64,000 bases of DNA. It comes from Truepera sp. Lineage in GTDB: Bacteria > Deinococcota > Deinococci > Deinococcales > Trueperaceae. The notes beneath the pieces were generated by a model. That model was not told the DNA's origin. It was given only the letters and a program-made list of their open reading frames with translations, and ran no database searches. The stretch covers positions 576,001 to 640,000 of the forward strand of contig CBDCKW010000005.1 in the NCBI GenBank assembly GCA_965218435.1, read 5' to 3'. The translations under genes were made by a program, and so were the position numbers. How positions within the stretch are numbered: the stretch's first letter is position 1; the number at the start of each line of letters is the position of its first letter. Of this stretch, positions 59,253-64,000 are shown piece after piece.

Positions 59253-59993
59253 ATGAGGGCTGAGGCAAGGACATCCGAATTCGAACGCGTCGACAGCCAA
59301 CCTTTATATCAGCGGGTCGTCCAGCAGGTGACCAGTCAGATTGTCGGCGGTATCTTAGCGCCCGGCTCTTCTCTTCCTGTCGAGACTGAGCTGTCGCAGC
59401 AATTTGGGGTGAGCCGAACCGTCATTCGTGAAGCGGTGCGGATACTTGCTTCCAAAGGACTCATTTCCGTGCGGCAGGGAAGCGGTATGCGGGTTCAGTC
59501 ACCAGAGAGCTGGAACTATCTCGATCCTTTGGTGCTGTTTGAGCAGGTGCGGTGGGGTCATGGAGAGCTGCTCAATGAAGTGCTCGAGGTGCGCTACATC
59601 TTAGAAGTCGAGGTCGCGGCCTTAGCAGCCAAGCGGCGCACACCGGAAGATTTAGCCGCCATGCGAACATCCCTAGCGGGCATGGACAAGTATCTTGATG
59701 ACCCTGACATCTTTACCGAGTTTGATGTTAAGTTCCATGAACACGTCCTTATCGCGGCCCGAAACCGCCTTTTGCGCGAAGCCATGAAGCCGGTTGCCGA
59801 GACGCTGCAAACAGGGCGTTCAATCACCAATCGGCTCTCCGGCGGGGCCGAGGCTTCGATGGTCGGTCACCGCGAAATTTATGACGCCATCGAAGCTCAA
59901 GACGCCGTGTCCGCCCGTGACGCGACGGGGCGTCACGTCAAACAGTTTGAACATGACATTCGCGTCAGCCTTCGCGCTAACCTGTCTAAGTGA
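59253..59993 (+). CDS. FadR/GntR family regulator (DgoR-like position)
   Basis: PG..LP.E.EL..QFGVSRTVIREA...L.SKGL, D..FH, H.EI. Confidence 0.92.
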   Translation: MRAEARTSEFERVDSQPLYQRVVQQVTSQIVGGILAPGSSLPVETELSQQFGVSRTVIREAVRILASKGLISVRQGSGMRVQSPESWNYLDPLVLFEQVRWGHGELLNEVLEVRYILEVEVAALAAKRRTPEDLAAMRTSLAGMDKYLDDPDIFTEFDVKFHEHVLIAARNRLLREAMKPVAETLQTGRSITNRLSGGAEASMVGHREIYDAIEAQDAVSARDATGRHVKQFEHDIRVSLRANLSK

Positions 59994-60769
59994 CCGAGAT
60001 GAAGGGGGCTCTCCACAACAAACGCATCCTCATCACGGGGGGAACAAGCGGTATCGGGCAGGCCGTTGCCGTCAGCGCAGCTCGAGCAGGTGCGGATGTC
60101 GCGTTTTGTGGTCTCACTGAAGAGGGCGCTGCTGAAACTGTCAAGGCTGTCGAGCAGGCTGGACGAAGGGCTTACTTCCAAGCCTTGGACTTGAGTGACC
60201 TAAACGCGGCGCGCCGTTTTACTCGAGCTGCCGTTGACCAGTTGGGCGGCGTGGACGGTCTCGTCAACAACGCGGGCACCAACTTCTTTCATGGTGTCTT
60301 GGAAGCCACCAAAGAGGACATCGAGCGCTGTTTCGCCGTAGACTTCTATCCCGCCTGGGCCATGAGTCAAGAAGTCTACCCTACGCTTAAGGCGGCAGGG
60401 GGTGGGGTCATCGTCAACGTCGCCTCCGTTCACGCCGAGCGAACCTCCCCCGGCGCGTTTCCCTATAACGCCGCCAAAGCCGCGCTCGTCGCTCTGACTA
60501 AGTCGCAGGCGCTCGAGTGGGGCGGGGACAACATCCGGGCCGTGGTCCTAGCCCCCGCGTTTATCCTTACCCCGCTCGCGCAGGCTTATCTTGATGAGCA
60601 GGAACAACCTAAGGAGGCCCTGAGAGAGCTTGAGGAGGATCACCCCATTGGGCGCGTCGGTCAACCCGAGGACGTGGCCTCGCTGGTTGTCTACCTTTTG
60701 AGCGACGTAAACCGCTTCATTACCGGCAGTGCTATCCTCGTTGACGGCGGCGTGAGCGCAAAACTCTAA
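59990..60769 (+). CDS. Short-chain dehydrogenase/reductase
   Basis: TGGTSGIG, NNAG, YNAAK. Confidence 0.9.
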   Translation: MTEMKGALHNKRILITGGTSGIGQAVAVSAARAGADVAFCGLTEEGAAETVKAVEQAGRRAYFQALDLSDLNAARRFTRAAVDQLGGVDGLVNNAGTNFFHGVLEATKEDIERCFAVDFYPAWAMSQEVYPTLKAAGGGVIVNVASVHAERTSPGAFPYNAAKAALVALTKSQALEWGGDNIRAVVLAPAFILTPLAQAYLDEQEQPKEALRELEEDHPIGRVGQPEDVASLVVYLLSDVNRFITGSAILVDGGVSAKL

Positions 60770-60781
60770 AAGGAGGAAAAG

Positions 60782-61600
60782 GTGTTAACCGAAAAGCGCG
60801 TTGAAACGGGTGAAACGACGCTCAACTACGCCGAAGGCCCAGCGGTGGGCCCACCGCTGGTGTTGCTCCACGGGTTGACTGGGTGGTGGCGCAGTATGCA
60901 TCCCCTAATGGCACGGCTGTCGCCCGCGTGGCACATCTACGCCTGTGATTTGCGCGGTCACGGCAAATCTGGCTGGGTTGCGGGCCGTTACCGGGTGACA
61001 GATTATGCGCAGGACATTTCCGCTTTTATCCAGGCCACCGTGCCCGAGCCGGTCGTCTTGCTCGGACACTCCTTGGGGGCCTTGACGGCGCTTGCTACTG
61101 CGTCTCGAGTCCCAGAGCATGTGCGCGCTCTGGTACTGCTCGACCCGCCGCTTTTCAATCGCGATACCAGTATCGACACGACCCCCGAGTTCAGAGACTG
61201 GTTCAGCTGGGTTTACGAAACGGTGCGTTCAGAGCGCTCATATGAGGACGTGGTCGCCCGCTGCCAAGCTCTGATGCCGGAGGCGAACGAGGCCAGCGTC
61301 AAGGCACTGGCCGACCAAATCCGCAGAGTTGCGCCGGACACGGTGGACACTGCCCTTCACGATGGGCTATTTAGTGGCTTTAATCTCGAGGACGCTTTGC
61401 GACACGTAGCGTGTCCGACCCTGCTCCTTTACGGTGAGTGGGCTTGCGGTGCAGCAATGCGCGATGAGGATGCCGCCTTCGTACGAGCCAACCTTGCATC
61501 GGCCGTGATTGTCAAGCTGCCGAACGCCGGTCACCAGCTTTACGAGCAGGAGACGGAAACCGTTCTGCGCCACCTGGAAGTTTTTCTCGCGTCAAGCTGA
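60782..61600 (+). CDS. Alpha/beta hydrolase
   Basis: LLHG, DLRGHG.S, GHSLG nucleophile elbow, AGH. Confidence 0.9.
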   Translation: MLTEKRVETGETTLNYAEGPAVGPPLVLLHGLTGWWRSMHPLMARLSPAWHIYACDLRGHGKSGWVAGRYRVTDYAQDISAFIQATVPEPVVLLGHSLGALTALATASRVPEHVRALVLLDPPLFNRDTSIDTTPEFRDWFSWVYETVRSERSYEDVVARCQALMPEANEASVKALADQIRRVAPDTVDTALHDGLFSGFNLEDALRHVACPTLLLYGEWACGAAMRDEDAAFVRANLASAVIVKLPNAGHQLYEQETETVLRHLEVFLASS

Positions 61601-61689
61601 TCTAAGTCTGAGACCTTTGCCTGAGAACATCTTGGTAGTTCACTCGTCCGCTTGGCTAGAGATCGCTATTTTCTGAAGAAAGGGAACCT

Positions 61690-62394
61690 TTGTTCACACT
61701 TCTTTCTTATACTTTCGGTCCCGGCACACCGACTTTTGGCAACAATCCACCGATCGAGGTCAACGTCGTGTCTAGCATCGCGGAGGGCGGGGTCGCCAAC
61801 TGGCTGGAATTTAAGACCATCAACCATAACGGTACCCACATTGACGCGCCCTACCACTTCGACCCTATGGGCAAACGCCTCACCGATTTAGACGTCAACG
61901 AGCTTGTTTTCAAGGCCCCGGTAATCGTCGATATTCCAAAAGAGGATGGAGAACTCGTTACGGCCGACGACCTGAGGCAGCATGACGAGGGAATAGCGGA
62001 GGCGGATTTGCTGCTCCTTCGCACGGGCTGGGGGGCTCAGCATCGGGCTACCGATCCCGTACGCTACGGTCGCCACGCGCCGGGCTTTGCCGCTTCAGCC
62101 GGGCTTTATCTTTTGGGAGAGCAACCAAGCTTACGGGCCATCGCTATGGATTTGCCCTCAGCCGCTTCACCCGTCAGTGGACAGCCTAACGAGGAGGGGC
62201 TCGAGTTCCACCGGATCGTCCTAGGTACCTATAGAAGCCCGGAGGAACGCTACCTTTTGCTGATCGAGGATGTCCGTATCGAACTGGACTTAGACGTAAC
62301 GCAGTTCCAGCGCATCATTGTCTCTCCCCTCTGGCTCGAGGGTGCTGACGCCGCACCTGTGACTATCTTAGCGGAATTCAGGCATGGCGGTTGA
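61690..62394 (+). CDS. Cyclase family metal-dependent hydrolase (kynurenine formamidase-like)
   Basis: NHNGTHIDAPYH (HxGTHxDxPxH), LLRTG, IED, GADAAP. Confidence 0.85.
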   Translation: MFTLLSYTFGPGTPTFGNNPPIEVNVVSSIAEGGVANWLEFKTINHNGTHIDAPYHFDPMGKRLTDLDVNELVFKAPVIVDIPKEDGELVTADDLRQHDEGIAEADLLLLRTGWGAQHRATDPVRYGRHAPGFAASAGLYLLGEQPSLRAIAMDLPSAASPVSGQPNEEGLEFHRIVLGTYRSPEERYLLLIEDVRIELDLDVTQFQRIIVSPLWLEGADAAPVTILAEFRHGG

Positions 62395-62482
62395 ACAAGA
62401 GTCTCGCTTATCAATGAAACTTCATACTGCAAGCAGTTTCAAGCAGCCGTAAGAGATTTCTCGGTGGCTTCGCCGGCCCCCT

Positions 62483-63061
62483 TATACGGATTCCGATAAA
62501 ACCTCTAGTAAACACTTGGCCACCAGCGAAACAAGGCGTGGGCCTTAACACGTCCAGGTTGGCTAATAAGGAGTTCACACTGAACAATCAAGCGGCGCTC
62601 TAAGTCGTTAAGGTCAGCAGGACAGCGGTTGGCAACGAGTTCGTCACTAAGCGACCAAAAATGTTCAGCCGGTTGCAGCTCAGAGGTGTATGGAGGTTGG
62701 TAGCTAACTTCGACACGCTCGGGCAGCACAAGCTTGGAACTGGTATGCCAAGCAGCATTGTCCAGCACTAGGAGAATGTGCTTTTGCGCTGAAACATCGA
62801 GGCTTGAGGCAAAGTTGTCGAGCACCACCTCAAAGGCAAGGGTACTTATCTCAAGCAGGATATACCACACCGTCCTTCCCATTTCGAGCTGGACAAAAGC
62901 ATAAAGGTAAAGCCATTCGTATCTTGGGTAGGTGACGATAAGGGGTCTTTGCCCTGTAGAAGCCCAGACTTTGCGAAAAACGGGTTTAAGGCCGATACGG
63001 TGTTCGTCTACACACCAAAGCTCAACGTGGTCATGCAGTTTAGCTAGCTTAACGGCCTCAG
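62483..63061 (-). mobile_element. IS630-family transposase 3' fragment
   Basis: In-frame LWCVDEHRIGLKP..RKVW...YEWLYLYAFV...LDNAAWH...PPY..ELQPAE; terminal TATACGGATTCCG near 62483. Confidence 0.85.
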
Positions 63062-63226
63062 GATGGGGCGACCGGCGAGGTCGTCGAAAGGCTTACAGAG
63101 CCGACCGAAATAGACGGGCACCACGTCGCCGCCTCAGGGGACGACCCCCGGTACCTGGTCGAGAGCGACAAGAGCGGCAAGCGGGCGGTGCATAAGCCCG
63201 ACGCGCTTACGAAGGCAGGTGGGTAA
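63062..63226 (+). pseudogene. DUF2945-like protein, 5' end lost
   Basis: GATGEVVERLTEPTEIDGHHVAASGDDPRYLVESDKSGKRAVHKPDAL...*; no in-frame start next to the IS630 junction. Confidence 0.7.
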
Positions 63227-63391
63227 TAGCAGCAACCGACAATGACACCATCTAGGAGTTCAAAGAGGCTGTCAACATGACGCCCAAGGGGCTGGCAACG
63301 CTGACATCCACCGAGTACTATGTACACAACCTAGCGTTACGACCAGCCACCGTAGAGTCTGACATTTTAAGCACGTCGGAGAGGATTTACG

Positions 63392-64000
63392 ATGAGTACG
63401 ACTCTGGCCCAAACCCAAACGTTCGACACCGCGACCCTTATGGGAGGTCTCTATGGGGACGGCATCATCGGCTACAAGGGGGCTTTTAGCCGCAGCTGGG
63501 TAGAAGCCTTGGGAGAAGATATAGCGGAGTTGTACCAAGCTGCGCTCGAGCGTCCCGGCGGCGCGGTGGGACGCGGCCCCAAACGCCACTATGTAGAGAT
63601 CCATCCCGAGGACATCCGCGGTTTTCTCGAGCTGGTGACACACCCTTGGGTCACTGCGGTGTGCGAGGCAGTACTGGGTCCAGCGTACAAGATTGTCGAG
63701 ATCGGCTTCGACGTACCCAATCCCGGTGCCGTTGACCAACCGTGGCACCGCGACTTTCCGGCACCAGAAGACACGCTCAAGGGCCGACGGCTCAACTCAC
63801 TAGCGTTCAACGTGACTACCGTAGACGTTTTCGAGGACATGGGACCCTTTGTCGTTGCGCCCGGCACGCAGTGGGACCTACCCGAAGGCTTCGAGCATGA
63901 GATGTTCCCGCCGAAGTCGCTTTACGAGCGGTACGAAAGACGGGCGCAGCGGAAGATGCCGCAGATGGGCGACATCTCGGTGCGTTCGGCGCTGACGATT
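63392..64000 (+). CDS. Phytanoyl-CoA dioxygenase family protein (runs off window)
   Basis: GGAGAGG RBS; MSTTLAQ...QPWHRDF (HxD)...MGPF..APGT...GD...RSALTI. Confidence 0.82.
   Translation, partial: MSTTLAQTQTFDTATLMGGLYGDGIIGYKGAFSRSWVEALGEDIAELYQAALERPGGAVGRGPKRHYVEIHPEDIRGFLELVTHPWVTAVCEAVLGPAYKIVEIGFDVPNPGAVDQPWHRDFPAPEDTLKGRRLNSLAFNVTTVDVFEDMGPFVVAPGTQWDLPEGFEHEMFPPKSLYERYERRAQRKMPQMGDISVRSALTI

Noticed and set aside
63277..63489. 70-aa ORF suggesting a frameshifted PhyH gene
   Set aside because: PhyH reads continuously from ATG 63392 in another frame.

Overview
A 64-kb accessory region from a GC-rich bacterium, probably Deinococcota (Truepera-like). That assignment is inferred from the heavy CTCGAG enrichment and repeated leaderless TAnnnT-N6-ATG starts. 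Left to right it contains: (i) an eroded AraC-linked oxidoreductase operon (1-8.2 kb); (ii) an XerA/XerD-like tyrosine recombinase followed by a DUF2281-VapC toxin-antitoxin (TA) pair, an IS701 and an APH-type phosphotransferase (8.2-13 kb); (iii) a 13-gene sugar uptake/catabolism operon with a FadR-type operator (13-26.2 kb); (iv) an IS pile-up (IS3, IS200, IS110, IS3) that hides a second, decayed recombinase + DUF2281-VapC module (26.4-30.5 kb); (v) a divergent Opp-type ABC/PhyH and epimerase/kinase/amidohydrolase cluster with a DeoR regulator (30.5-48.6 kb); (vi) a galactoside/galactonate (dgoD) cluster with two ABC systems (48.8-62.4 kb); and (vii) an IS630 fragment, a truncated DUF2945 gene and a PhyH gene running off the window. 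The most interesting signal is invisible in the ORF track. The recombinase -> DUF2281 -> VapC architecture occurs twice. The two recombinase 3' ends differ only at third codon positions and encode the same peptide. Each TA pair is bracketed by related short GC..TA..GGGC sites in inverted orientation, including a 34-bp site with 24/34 ungapped identity between modules. This suggests an integron- or shufflon-like cassette system run by a non-IntI recombinase, which is inference and untested. No rRNA, tRNA or CRISPR array was seen.
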